From NCBI RefSeq assembly GCF_032117575.1, contig NZ_JAULZA010000034.1: a DNA stretch of 64,000 bases. One strand, written 5' to 3'. Source of the stretch: Mycolicibacterium sp. GTDB taxonomy: Bacteria; Actinomycetota; Actinomycetes; Mycobacteriales; Mycobacteriaceae. Below the pieces are notes generated by a model. The model was given only the letters and a program-made list of their open reading frames with translations, was not told the DNA's origin and did not search any database. Shown piece by piece: positions 49,178 through 59,144 of the stretch. A program made the position numbers and the translations under genes. How positions within the stretch are numbered: position 1 is the first letter of the stretch; the number at the start of each line of letters is the position of its first letter.

Positions 49178-50170
49178 TCAGCCGGTCGGCACCAGGTCCG
49201 GGGCATCGGCGAGGTCACCGGTCTCACCCGCCCGCACGGCCCGACGCCCGAAGTGCATCACGTAAGCCAGAAAGAGCGCCTCGGCGAGCACGCCGATACC
49301 CACCCGGATTGCCGTCGGCAGCCCCGACGGCGTGACGAGCGCTTCGATCAGACCGCTGATCAGCAGAACCACCACCAGGCCCACGGCCACGGACACCACG
49401 GCACGGCCCTGCTCAGCCATCGCCTGCGAACGTGGCCGGTCACCCGGCGCGATCACGGTCCACCCCAGCCGCATCCCGGCGGCGCCGGCCAGAAACACCG
49501 CGGTCAGTTCCAGCAGACCGTGCGGGGTGAGCAACCCGAACAGGATGTCGAGCTTGCCCGCGTCGGCCATCAGGCCCGCAGCCACGCCCAGATTTGCGGC
49601 GTTCTGGAACAGCACCCCGGGGATGGGAATGCCGAGCAGCACCGCGAATGCGATGCACTGCGCGGCCACCCACGAGTTGTTCGTCCACACCCGCAGCGCA
49701 AAGGAGGCCGCCGGATGCTCGCTGTAGTACGACGCGAAGTCATTGTTGACGAGCTGGTCCAGTTCGTCCGGGGTACCGAGGGCCGAGCGGACCTCAGGGT
49801 TGCCGGCGACCCACACGGCGATCAGCACGGCGACCGCCAGGAACAGCACTCCGGTGGCCAGCCACCACCGCCACGCCCGGTAGGCGACGACCGGAAACGA
49901 CACGGTCCAGAACCGGACGAACTCGCTGCGCAGCGGCGCGTGCGCACCGGTGACCGCGGATCGGGACCGAGCCACCAACGCTGAGAGGCGGCCGACGAGC
50001 AACGAGTCGGTGGACACCGACCGCACGGTCGACAAGTGGGTGGACACCCGCTGATAGAGGTCGACGAGTTCGTCGACCTCCGGACCACTCAGGTGCCGGC
50101 GACGTTTGACCAGCTGGTCGAGCCGTTTCCAGCTGGCCTGGTGGGCCAGCACGAAAGCATCGACATCCAC
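49178..50170 (-). CDS. Stage II sporulation protein M (DUF95) family membrane protein (Rv3694c)
   Basis: MDVDAFV...W.RL, WTNN, PHGLLEL and SGLIEALVTP. Confidence 0.92.
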   Translation of the reverse strand: MDVDAFVLAHQASWKRLDQLVKRRRHLSGPEVDELVDLYQRVSTHLSTVRSVSTDSLLVGRLSALVARSRSAVTGAHAPLRSEFVRFWTVSFPVVAYRAWRWWLATGVLFLAVAVLIAVWVAGNPEVRSALGTPDELDQLVNNDFASYYSEHPAASFALRVWTNNSWVAAQCIAFAVLLGIPIPGVLFQNAANLGVAAGLMADAGKLDILFGLLTPHGLLELTAVFLAGAAGMRLGWTVIAPGDRPRSQAMAEQGRAVVSVAVGLVVVLLISGLIEALVTPSGLPTAIRVGIGVLAEALFLAYVMHFGRRAVRAGETGDLADAPDLVPTG

Positions 50171-50190
50171 CCGGCCATGCTACTGACGGG

Positions 50191-50976
50191 CTAAACGCGC
50201 AGGGCCGGTGCCAACGCGCTCAACGGGATACGCGGCTGCACCACACCACCGGTCATCGACCAGATGTACTTGTACGGCGTGAAGTCCACCGGAGAGTCGC
50301 GCGCCACCGGGTAATCCGGCATGTACAGGATCAGCTCGTCGGGCGTCAGCGCCCAGGCCTTGTAGCCGCCGGAGTACACCTTGTCCGGGGTCCACCGCTC
50401 CGGGATGAACGGGTAGGTGTTCGGCTGATGAGCCGGCGGCGCCTGGTCGAGGGCGGCCTGGATGAACGGGGCGCCCAGCGTGGGGATCTGATTGATGTCG
50501 ACGATGTCGGACAGTTGCACCTGACGGCCGGCCGCCGAGTCGAAGGCGAACGTGCGGTACGCCGATTGCATGGCCGCACCCTCGAAACGTCCGGTGCTCT
50601 CGTTGTCGTAGGTCTCATGGAAGACCACCGTGTGGATGTTGCCGCGGTGGAAGACCTGGAAATTGGCGTCGCCCCGGCTGTTCTGGGCCATGCCCTTGCC
50701 GGCGGTACGCCAGTTGTTCATCAACGTCGTCAGATAGTCGGCGATGGCTCCGCCGATCACCGGGTTGTCGATCTCCGCCGGGATGGCGAGATTGATCTCG
50801 CGGACGGCTTTACGGTCCGACGGCACCGTGGTGTGGCAGTACTGGCCGTTCCACTGACCGCCGAGCTGATCGCAGAACGGAGCGGCGGCCGCACCGGCGC
50901 CGGGTGCCGTCAGCACCGAGGCCGCCACGGCAACCGCCGCGCCGATGAGTCCGCTCTTCCGCATTGAATTCCGCAT
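50191..50976 (-). CDS. Secreted MPT64/RsiV-like (DUF3298-related) protein at the end of the mce operon
   Basis: Signal peptide ...APGAGA; N-terminal Cys pair; YRTFAFD...QVQLSDI, ALTPDELILY and IPLSAL; GGGAGG RBS. Confidence 0.7.
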   Translation of the reverse strand: MRNSMRKSGLIGAAVAVAASVLTAPGAGAAAAPFCDQLGGQWNGQYCHTTVPSDRKAVREINLAIPAEIDNPVIGGAIADYLTTLMNNWRTAGKGMAQNSRGDANFQVFHRGNIHTVVFHETYDNESTGRFEGAAMQSAYRTFAFDSAAGRQVQLSDIVDINQIPTLGAPFIQAALDQAPPAHQPNTYPFIPERWTPDKVYSGGYKAWALTPDELILYMPDYPVARDSPVDFTPYKYIWSMTGGVVQPRIPLSALAPALRV

Positions 50977-50993
50977 AGCTTGTCCTCCCTGGT

Positions 50994-51656
50994 CTACGGG
51001 AGCTCGACCTTGCTTGCCCGCCACGTACCGTCGACCTTCTCCAAGGTCATCTTCATCCGGCTCCGGTCGATCCGCGGATCCGGCAGCTTGGTGTTGGACA
51101 CCGACTGGTCCACAAACAGCAGCACAACCGCCTTGTCCTTAGACGCCGACTGCAGCGCAGACTCCACCACGACGCCGTGCGCGGTCGCCTTGTTCTCGAT
51201 GAGCAACTGGCGAAGCTCCACGCTGGACTGCGAGTACATGTCCTTGAACTCGCCCGTCGCGCCGTCGAGAACCTGCTTGAAGTTCTCGTCGACCTTGTCG
51301 GAGTCGACGCTGGTGAGCACCTGGGCGTACGTCACCGCCGCCCGCTGGGCATCCTCGCCGGCCGCCTTGACCTGATGCTCCTGCATGAACTGCCAGCCGA
51401 AGAATCCGGCTGCGCCGACGGCGGCCGCCAGGCCGCCGATCAGCGCGGGCTTCAGCCACCCCCGCTCCGAGGCGGGCGTCGTACCGTCCAGCACCGCGAC
51501 GGCATCCGCAGACTCCTGGGCCGCATCGATCTCGCCGGCCACCTCATCGGCGTCGACGACGACCTCGTCGGACAGTTCATCTTCGGCGATCACTTCGGCC
51601 ACGGTCTCGTCGGCCGCCTTCGGGGTCACGGCTCCTTCGTCAGTCATGACAGGCAT
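50994..51656 (-). CDS. Mce-associated membrane protein (Mam)
   Basis: Acidic N-terminus, one TM helix, ATGEFKDMY...AVVLLFVDQ...W.ASKV. Confidence 0.88.
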   Translation of the reverse strand: MPVMTDEGAVTPKAADETVAEVIAEDELSDEVVVDADEVAGEIDAAQESADAVAVLDGTTPASERGWLKPALIGGLAAAVGAAGFFGWQFMQEHQVKAAGEDAQRAAVTYAQVLTSVDSDKVDENFKQVLDGATGEFKDMYSQSSVELRQLLIENKATAHGVVVESALQSASKDKAVVLLFVDQSVSNTKLPDPRIDRSRMKMTLEKVDGTWRASKVELP

Positions 51657-51680
51657 TGTGACGCATCTTCCTGTATGCCA

Positions 51681-52931
51681 TCAGCGGGGCGGTTCGATCG
51701 GCAGGGTCGGCCCACCGTACGGGGTCGGAATGGCGAACTTGCCCTCCGGGGTCGGAGTGGTCCGCTCGCCCAAGTCGGCACCCGGCGGCGGGCCGTAGGT
51801 GTCGTCCCCGGCCGGCCGCGGCGCGTTCTTCGCGCCACGGATCAGCACGGCGGGATCGTCGTCGCGGCAGTAGGTGTACTTGAACGGCTCCTCGAAGTCC
51901 GCCGATGACGGTGGGCGGCGCGGGGTGCCGTAGTCACACGAGTAGCGCGGGTAGATGTCACCGGTCAGCCAGAATCCGTTTTCGTGGATGACGCTGTTCA
52001 GCGCGTCGAACAGTGAACCCCGGTAGGTCGGGAACAACGCGTTGAGGGCCGGCACCCGCATGTACAGCAGCTCGGTGGTGGTGGTCAGATCCCCGAGCAA
52101 CTGGACCATCGCATCGGAGTTGTCGTCGTACAGACCGTTGATGGCGGCGAAGGTGTTGGGCGCCTGCTCGGTGAGCTGCCGGAACCCGCCGGTCATCCGG
52201 TTCACTCCGCCGAAGATCTGGTTGAAGTTTCCGGTGGCGACCGTCATGCCCTCTTGCTTGTCGGACACCAACTGCAGGGTGGTCCTGCTTGTGTTGAGCA
52301 GCCGGGTGGTCTGCGGCAAGACGCCGTCCAGCGTGGAGATCAGGTAGGTGCCGCCCTCGATGATGTTGGAGAGCTTCTGCGGGCCGTCCTTACTCATGCC
52401 GAGCTCGCGCTTGATGATCTCCATCTTGTCGGTGTCGATCTGCTTGAGCATGCCGTCGGAATGCCCGAGCAGCTCACCGAGGGTCACCGGGATCTCGGTG
52501 CGGCCCAAGGCGAAAGTGGCCCCCTCGGACAGGAACGGCGCCTCGCCATTGCCGCCGTCGAAGTCCAGGTACTGCTCGCCGGCCGCCGACAGGCCGGCGA
52601 CCCGGGCCTTGCTCGACTCCGAGATCTCGATGCCTTCCTTGAGCTTGATCTGGGCGTCAACACCGGCCGGCGTGAGCGACAGATGCTCGATCTTGCCGAT
52701 CGGAATGCCGCGCAACGTGACGTCCTGATTGGCCAGCAGGCCGCCGGAGGCCGGCAGCTCAACGTTGACGTGGTAGACCCCCTTCAGAGGGTTCCACCGC
52801 AATGCGCCCAGTGACAGGTAGGCGATGCCGATCAGGAATACGGCCAGCAACGCGAACCCGGATAGCCACGCCTTGTGGCGGTGGCCGTATTTGACGGTCC
52901 CGACGATGCCGTCGGCGATCGGCCCGATCAC
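51681..52931 (-). CDS. MCE family protein MceF
   Basis: SGGLLANQDVTLRGIPIGKI and SAAGEQYLDF; sixth mce gene. Confidence 0.9.
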   Translation of the reverse strand: MIGPIADGIVGTVKYGHRHKAWLSGFALLAVFLIGIAYLSLGALRWNPLKGVYHVNVELPASGGLLANQDVTLRGIPIGKIEHLSLTPAGVDAQIKLKEGIEISESSKARVAGLSAAGEQYLDFDGGNGEAPFLSEGATFALGRTEIPVTLGELLGHSDGMLKQIDTDKMEIIKRELGMSKDGPQKLSNIIEGGTYLISTLDGVLPQTTRLLNTSRTTLQLVSDKQEGMTVATGNFNQIFGGVNRMTGGFRQLTEQAPNTFAAINGLYDDNSDAMVQLLGDLTTTTELLYMRVPALNALFPTYRGSLFDALNSVIHENGFWLTGDIYPRYSCDYGTPRRPPSSADFEEPFKYTYCRDDDPAVLIRGAKNAPRPAGDDTYGPPPGADLGERTTPTPEGKFAIPTPYGGPTLPIEPPR

Positions 52932-54232
52932 GGCGTCATCTCCGCCGCAGGCGCGGCCGGGGCCGGCGCGGGAGCGGGTGGCGGTACCGGACCGGGCGGG
53001 GGGCCCGCCGGCTGGACGAATTCACCGGGCGCGGTTGGTCCGGGCCGCGGCCCGACGCCCTGCCACTGGCCGGCCTCGGTCGGGCTCGGGATCACCGGCA
53101 CCTGCGGAACGTTCGGACCGCGTCCGACGACCCGCTCCTGCAGACGCAGCAGGGTGTACTTGAACGACCCGATGAGCTGGTTCCAGTTGGACCACTTGGG
53201 GCCGTGGAAACCGGGGTCGCCGGGGAAGCCGATGTCCGGGATGTGCCCGAGGATGAGGCGGTCGATGCTGGCGCGGATGTTCATCGCGCCGCCGGAAGTG
53301 CCCTTGATGAGCGGCGGCATGAGCCGGTTGAGCGCCGCCAGGCTGGTGTCGGGATCGAGCACCACGTCGTTGAAGGAACTGGCGATGGTGTTGAGGTCGG
53401 CGATCACGCTGCGGCCGCTGGTATCGGTACCGGCCACGGACGGGAACTTGTTCACCAATTCGGTGGTGGCGCCGGCCTGGCTCACCAGATCAACGATTTG
53501 GTCGGTGTAGAGGGCCAGCGTGTCGGTGGCCGGCGCGGTCGCGGCCAACACGTCGGCGAGCACGTAGTTCTTCTCGTCGAGCCGACGAGACAGCACACCC
53601 AGCGACTCCAGCGACGCGGAAATCTGCTCGGTCCGCCGGTCCATGGTGCCGAGCAGTTGATTGGTCTTGTCCACCAGCTGGCGGAAGTTCTTGCCGCCGT
53701 CGGCGCCGGCTGCCGCACCAGCGCCGTTGATCAGATCGGTGAGGTTCTGCACCGCGCCGCCGTTGACCAGAACAGCGGCACCGGTCAGCAGGTTCTCCAC
53801 CGTGGCCGCCTGGGCGGTGTCCTCGATGGGAACGGTGTCGCCGTTCTTCAGCAACGCCGCTCCGGAGGAGTTCGGCGGCGGCTTGAGGGCGATGAAAACG
53901 TCACCCAGCGGCGTCGCTGATCGAAGCTCGACGTTGGTGCCCTGGGGCAGCTCGACGCCTTCCATGATCCGCAGGGTGGCGACCGCGGTGTAGTCCTTGG
54001 CCACCAGGGTCTCCATCTCGCCGATGTCGGCGCCGGCCAGCCGTACCTTCGCGAAGGCGGGGAGATTCAGCGCGTTCGCGAACACCGCGTTGATCGTGTA
54101 GCCGGCACCGCTGCTCAGTCCCGGCTTGGGCAGCGGGAGGCTGGCCAGGCCGTTGGTGGCGCCGCACCCGGCGGTTGTCAGCGACACCGCCGCAGCCAGC
54201 GCGACCGTGAATTTCTTCTTAGCGGTCATCAT
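52928..54232 (-). CDS. MCE family lipoprotein MceE
   Basis: Lipobox LTTAGC; NALNLP..AKVRLAGADIG; TPLGDVFI. Confidence 0.9.
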   Translation of the reverse strand: MMTAKKKFTVALAAAVSLTTAGCGATNGLASLPLPKPGLSSGAGYTINAVFANALNLPAFAKVRLAGADIGEMETLVAKDYTAVATLRIMEGVELPQGTNVELRSATPLGDVFIALKPPPNSSGAALLKNGDTVPIEDTAQAATVENLLTGAAVLVNGGAVQNLTDLINGAGAAAGADGGKNFRQLVDKTNQLLGTMDRRTEQISASLESLGVLSRRLDEKNYVLADVLAATAPATDTLALYTDQIVDLVSQAGATTELVNKFPSVAGTDTSGRSVIADLNTIASSFNDVVLDPDTSLAALNRLMPPLIKGTSGGAMNIRASIDRLILGHIPDIGFPGDPGFHGPKWSNWNQLIGSFKYTLLRLQERVVGRGPNVPQVPVIPSPTEAGQWQGVGPRPGPTAPGEFVQPAGPPPGPVPPPAPAPAPAAPAAEMTP

Positions 54233-55344
54233 TTCTGCCCCATCGCCGCAAGGCCGTCGAGGATGTAGGAGATGCCGAAGTCGGGGCCGAAGTCCTGCAA
54301 TGTTCCTGTGCTGCAGCCCAATTGCCGCAGATGCATCAGGTTGCAGACCTCTTTGATGGTCTGGCTGTCGAAGAGAATCTTGTCCACCAGGAGGTGCGCC
54401 CGCACCGAGCCGTTCTTCTGGTCGATGATGTTGTACATGTTGTCCAGGGTCAGGGGTGCGATGTCGAGCGTCTCGGCGAGCTCGCGCTGATGGGCGAGCA
54501 CGGTCGCCAGTGCGCCGTTCCCGCCCTCGACGGCACCGCGGATGGTGTCCCGGTTCTTCTCGAGAAGATCGCCGAGCTGGGTGAGCACCACGTTCAGCTG
54601 CTTTCCGGTGGTGCCGCCACCGAGATCCTCGTCGGCCACCACCTGCGACAGCACGCGGATGGTCGAACCGAACTGCCGAAGCGTCGCCTCGTTGGCGGCC
54701 GCGCTGTCCATCAGGACGCTGAGGTTTTCGACGACCTTGGTCAGCGACTCCTTGGTCTGCGCACCTCCGTCGGCACTGAGCTTGAGCGCCGTGGAGAGCT
54801 CCGACAGCGCGGACTTGATCCGCTCGCCGTTGCCGTCGGCGATCGCCGCACCGGAGTCGATCAGCGTGCGCAGGCCGCCGTTGCCCTTGCCGTCGCCCTG
54901 CAGCGACACCGCCAGCCGGTCCACCATGTCCAGCGTCTTGGTGAACTCCACCGGGGTCTTGGTCCTGGTCAGCGGGATGGTGGCGTGGTCCTGCAGGTAC
55001 TCGCCGCCGGTGTACACCGGTGTCAGCTCGACCGACCGCTCGGCCAGGATCGAGGTCTGCAAGGTGACCGCCTGGGCGTCGACGGGAATCTTGACGTTCT
55101 TGTCGACGGTGAACTCCACCTCCACGTAGCCGTTCTTGGGGGTGATCTTCTTGACGCTGCCGACCTTCATGCCGAGCACCTGGACGTTGTTCGTCTCGTA
55201 GAGACCCGCCGAACTGTCGAACTGGGCGGTCAGCGTGATGTTGTTCATCCGCGCCTTGGCCAGTTTCCAGGCGTTGAACCCGACGATGCCGGCCGCCACA
55301 AGGCCGACGATGGCCAGGATCAGAAATCCTCTACCGCGCTTCAC
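54229..55344 (-). CDS. MCE family protein MceD
   Basis: GLYETNNVQVLGMKVGSV; GTG at 55344 overlaps the mceC stop. Confidence 0.9.
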   Translation of the reverse strand: MKRGRGFLILAIVGLVAAGIVGFNAWKLAKARMNNITLTAQFDSSAGLYETNNVQVLGMKVGSVKKITPKNGYVEVEFTVDKNVKIPVDAQAVTLQTSILAERSVELTPVYTGGEYLQDHATIPLTRTKTPVEFTKTLDMVDRLAVSLQGDGKGNGGLRTLIDSGAAIADGNGERIKSALSELSTALKLSADGGAQTKESLTKVVENLSVLMDSAAANEATLRQFGSTIRVLSQVVADEDLGGGTTGKQLNVVLTQLGDLLEKNRDTIRGAVEGGNGALATVLAHQRELAETLDIAPLTLDNMYNIIDQKNGSVRAHLLVDKILFDSQTIKEVCNLMHLRQLGCSTGTLQDFGPDFGISYILDGLAAMGQK

Positions 55345-56387
55345 TTGCAGTCCTTGTAGTACGGGTTCAACTCGAATTGCTGGGCGCGACCGCTGATCGC
55401 GCACATCCACGAGTCCACCAGCAATCCGTTGGGGAAGTGGGCATCGAGAGCGTTACCGGTTCCCGTCATGTTGGCCAGGCCGCGAAGGGCCAGCGGTGCG
55501 CTCTCCAAGATGCCTGCCATCAGGTCGTTGTGCTTGTTCGCCAAGCCGGCGAGGATGTTCATGTTGGCCAGCAGCGAGTCGACCTCGGCCCGATCGGTGA
55601 CGATCGTGTCGTCGAGGACGTTCACCAGGTCGGTCAGGCCCTGCAGCATCTGACTAAACGCGGCCTGGCGGGCGACGAACTCGCCGAGCAGTTCATTGCC
55701 CTGGTTGACCATGCCGCCGATGCTGGTCTGCTGCCGGCGCAGGGTCCCGGTCACGTAGTCCATCGTCTTGAGCATGTTGCCGAACTGGTCGCGCCGGTCG
55801 GAGATCACCGTCGACAACCGCTTGAGGTTGTCCATCGCCTTGGGCACCAGCGGGGGCATGTCCTGGACCTGGCGGCCGAGCGCCTCGACAGCTGCGGCGA
55901 GTTGGTCGGTGTTGACCTCGCCGTAGTTGATCGCCACGTCCTGCAGCGCTTCCTGCAGGTCGTAGGGAACCGAGGTGTGGTTGATATCGATGTTGTTGTT
56001 TTCCAGCGGTCCCCCGCCGCCCGGCGTCAGGGACATGTAGCGCGAACCCAGGATCGTGGTGACCATGATCGTGGCGCGGGAGTCCTTGCCGAGGTTCAGG
56101 TTGTTCTGAACCTTCATATCGACGGTGACCTTGTCGCCGTTGAGACGAAGCCCGGTAACCGTTCCGACCGGGATGCCGGCGACCACCACCGGATTCTTCG
56201 GCAAGAGTGCCGCGGCCTGGATGAAGTCGGCGCTGATCCTCTTGTAGCCGGGGCCGACCTTGGTGATGACCACCATGGTCGCCATCAGCGCAGCCAGGAC
56301 CACCAGGGCCACCAGGCCGATCGAGGTTCGGCTTCTGTCTTCAAGGACGCGCTTGCGAGGCGTGTTCTTGTACTTGCGCTCAACCAT
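55341..56387 (-). CDS. MCE family protein MceC
   Basis: VVVAGIPVGTV, TILGSRYM and TSVPYDL. Confidence 0.9.
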   Translation of the reverse strand: MVERKYKNTPRKRVLEDRSRTSIGLVALVVLAALMATMVVITKVGPGYKRISADFIQAAALLPKNPVVVAGIPVGTVTGLRLNGDKVTVDMKVQNNLNLGKDSRATIMVTTILGSRYMSLTPGGGGPLENNNIDINHTSVPYDLQEALQDVAINYGEVNTDQLAAAVEALGRQVQDMPPLVPKAMDNLKRLSTVISDRRDQFGNMLKTMDYVTGTLRRQQTSIGGMVNQGNELLGEFVARQAAFSQMLQGLTDLVNVLDDTIVTDRAEVDSLLANMNILAGLANKHNDLMAGILESAPLALRGLANMTGTGNALDAHFPNGLLVDSWMCAISGRAQQFELNPYYKDCK

Positions 56388-57459
56388 TGGCCATATTCCT
56401 GCACTTTGGTGTGTACTTTGCCTTGTTCCCCGGGGTCGCCGCGGCGACGACGGTCGGGGTCACATCGTTGAGACCCGGGAAGAAGCCCAGCGCGTTGAGG
56501 TCGCAGGTGTAGACGTTGATGTAGGCACCGTCGCCGGTGACCCGCGCTACGCCTTTCAGCATCTTCGGCAGGTTATTACCCATGAAGGCCAGTTGCGGCT
56601 GGATCGTCACCAGGTGGGCGGCGAAGCCGGGCTCCCGTTTGATCAGCGCCTGCAGTGAGGGATTCACCTCGTTGGTGACCGCACCCAGCGAGCGAACCAC
56701 CCGCGACAGCGAGCCCATCGAAGCGACGATCTCGGGCCGGCGGCTGTTGAACGTCGTCAACATGTTCTTCGAGTTCTCGATCGTCCTCTCGATGTTGTCG
56801 TTCTGCGCGGCCAGCGTCCCGAACAGCCGATCCATCCCGGTGATCATGTCGCCGAGCAGTTCGTCACGGCCGGCGATGGTCTCGGTGAGCTTGCCGGTCT
56901 GGTCGATCAGGCTGGCCCAGGACGAGCTGTCGCCCTGCAGGCCCTGGACGGCGGCCAGGGTGATCTGGTCGGCCGCCTTGGGATCGATGGTTGCGAACAG
57001 CGGTTGGTAACCGTTGAGCACCAGGCCCACGTCGAACGACGGGATCGTCCGATCTAGCGGGATGACGGTGCCGGCCGGCAGTGGGTCGGCACCCTCTTTC
57101 CGCATCGCCGGAACAACAGTCTGGCGCAGGTCGAGGTAACGCTGGCCGACGATGTTCTGGTAGAGGATCGACGCCTCGGTGTCGGGGAAGATCTTCTGCT
57201 CGTCCTGCAGCGCGAACTCCACCATGGCGCGGTGGTCCTCGGTGAGGTCCACCTTCATCACCCGGCCGACACGGACGCCGGCCATCCGGACGTCATCGCC
57301 CTCGCGCAGGCCGAACACGTCGGTGAACTCCGCCGAGTAGTTACTCGTATCACCGGTGACCGACCGCTTCAGCGTCTCGTACACCAACCAGGTCATCACC
57401 GAGGTGACGACAAGGAAGACCACCAGCCCGATGATCACTCGGGACAGCTTGCCCTTCAT
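56380..57459 (-). CDS. MCE family protein MceB
   Basis: FTDVFGLREGDDVRMAGVRVGRV and YQNIVGQRYL. Confidence 0.92.
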   Translation of the reverse strand: MKGKLSRVIIGLVVFLVVTSVMTWLVYETLKRSVTGDTSNYSAEFTDVFGLREGDDVRMAGVRVGRVMKVDLTEDHRAMVEFALQDEQKIFPDTEASILYQNIVGQRYLDLRQTVVPAMRKEGADPLPAGTVIPLDRTIPSFDVGLVLNGYQPLFATIDPKAADQITLAAVQGLQGDSSSWASLIDQTGKLTETIAGRDELLGDMITGMDRLFGTLAAQNDNIERTIENSKNMLTTFNSRRPEIVASMGSLSRVVRSLGAVTNEVNPSLQALIKREPGFAAHLVTIQPQLAFMGNNLPKMLKGVARVTGDGAYINVYTCDLNALGFFPGLNDVTPTVVAAATPGNKAKYTPKCRNMANG

Positions 57460-59144
57460 CAGGCCCCCTCACCGGGTGACACAGTCATGCCACGCACCAC
57501 CGGCGCGAGCAGGATCTGGGTGGCCGTCGTCGCCGGCGTTCCGGTGATGTACGACAGCTGATTGCGTTCCTGGGCACTGCCCACCGGGCCGACGTTGCCG
57601 CCGTAAGAGGCGGGCGCCGCCTCGGCCGGCAGGGCACCGGGCGCCGGGGCCGGTGCGGGTGCCGGGGCGGGGGCCACACGAGGAGCACCGACGGGCGGGG
57701 CCTGCGGGCCGCCGGGGGGAAGGTAGCCGGGCAGGTGGTCCGGGGGCCACGGCGCGACCGGGGCAGCGGGCGACCCAGGGCCGACACCCGTCGGCGTCAG
57801 GGCCGGGTTGGCGGTGCCGGGGACCGGCGGAGCCGGAGTCATCGGCGGACCGTTGGTGCCCAGGATGCCGGTGCCGATACCCAGTTCCAGCGGCGGGTTC
57901 GGGTCGACGAGGTTGGGTCCGTTCGGCTGGATCAGCGGCGGACCGACGGCGACGAGGTTGCCGCTGGGTCCGACGACGGTACCCGGCGGGGGCATCAGAT
58001 CCTTGGGCGGCTGGTAGTTCTGCGGCAGCAGCACCTCGGGAAGGTCCGGGCGCACCGCGATCTGGGGTGCGGTGAAGCAGCTCGGCCCTTTCAGCTCGCC
58101 GTACTGTGGGCAGTCGGCCCGGGTGTAGGAGTAGGTCGGGGTCAACGACAGGTTCGCCCGGACGTTGAACGCGTCCAGATCCGGCAGCCAGCCCTCGAAG
58201 AACTTGTCCGAGAAGCGCCCGAGCTTCTGGAAGCCAGGCACCCAGTTGCCCGAGGTCTGGGCCAGCACGCCCAGTACCGGAGTCAGCTGATGGCCGATGG
58301 TGATCATCCGATCGGTTTGGTTGGCGAAGGCGGTGCGGGTGGTGCCCAGCGTGGTCGCGCCACTACTGAGCATGGCGTCGAGGTTCGCCTGCTGCTCCAC
58401 CAGGACCTGCATCGGGCCGACCGCCTGGTGCAGCGCGTCGAGCAGGTCGGGGGCGGTCTGCTTCAGGCCGTCGGCCGCGCCGATCAGCGCACTGAGCATT
58501 GAGGGGCTGGTGGTGTCGGTGGCGACCGTGGCGTTCAGCTCGCTGACGATCCGGTCGAGTTGAGCGCCCGCCTGTAGCAGGGTGGACCGACGGTCGTGCG
58601 TCGCCGCGCTGAGCGCAGCCAGGATGCCGAGGGTGTCGTCACCGCGACCGCGGCCCGTGGAGTAGAGGATGTCGCGCAGCTTGCTGATGGTCGTCTGGAA
58701 CAGCACCGTCGGAAGCTGCTGATCCTCGGCGATGTGGTCACCGTTCTTGATCGGCGGCGCTTCGCCGTTGTCGACGAGCTCGACGCTGGACACCGCGAAC
58801 ACGTTGCTGGGCACCACGCGGGCCGTGACGGTGTTCGGGATGCTCTTGGCGTACTCGCCGATGATGTCGATGTCCACGTAGTTCGGTTTTCCGTAGAACG
58901 CCGGCGTGACCTTGGTGGTGGATCCCACCAGCAGGCCGTGATAGCGGACGTCGGACCGTGACGGCAGGCCGTCGCCGACATTGGTGAGATCGGCGGTGAT
59001 CTTGGTATAGCTCTCGAGCTTGCCGGTGGACTTGGCGACCAGTAGAGCACCGATGAGGACCGACGCCACGATCATGGCCAGGCCCGCCGTCAACAGACTC
59101 TTATTGCTCGGCCCGCGGCCGCTGATGTCGAAAATCTTGGCCAT
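57459..59144 (-). CDS. MCE family protein MceA
   Basis: GDGLPSRSDVRYHGLLVG; Pro-rich C-terminus ending LLAPVVRGMTV. Confidence 0.9.
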   Translation of the reverse strand: MAKIFDISGRGPSNKSLLTAGLAMIVASVLIGALLVAKSTGKLESYTKITADLTNVGDGLPSRSDVRYHGLLVGSTTKVTPAFYGKPNYVDIDIIGEYAKSIPNTVTARVVPSNVFAVSSVELVDNGEAPPIKNGDHIAEDQQLPTVLFQTTISKLRDILYSTGRGRGDDTLGILAALSAATHDRRSTLLQAGAQLDRIVSELNATVATDTTSPSMLSALIGAADGLKQTAPDLLDALHQAVGPMQVLVEQQANLDAMLSSGATTLGTTRTAFANQTDRMITIGHQLTPVLGVLAQTSGNWVPGFQKLGRFSDKFFEGWLPDLDAFNVRANLSLTPTYSYTRADCPQYGELKGPSCFTAPQIAVRPDLPEVLLPQNYQPPKDLMPPPGTVVGPSGNLVAVGPPLIQPNGPNLVDPNPPLELGIGTGILGTNGPPMTPAPPVPGTANPALTPTGVGPGSPAAPVAPWPPDHLPGYLPPGGPQAPPVGAPRVAPAPAPAPAPAPGALPAEAAPASYGGNVGPVGSAQERNQLSYITGTPATTATQILLAPVVRGMTVSPGEGA

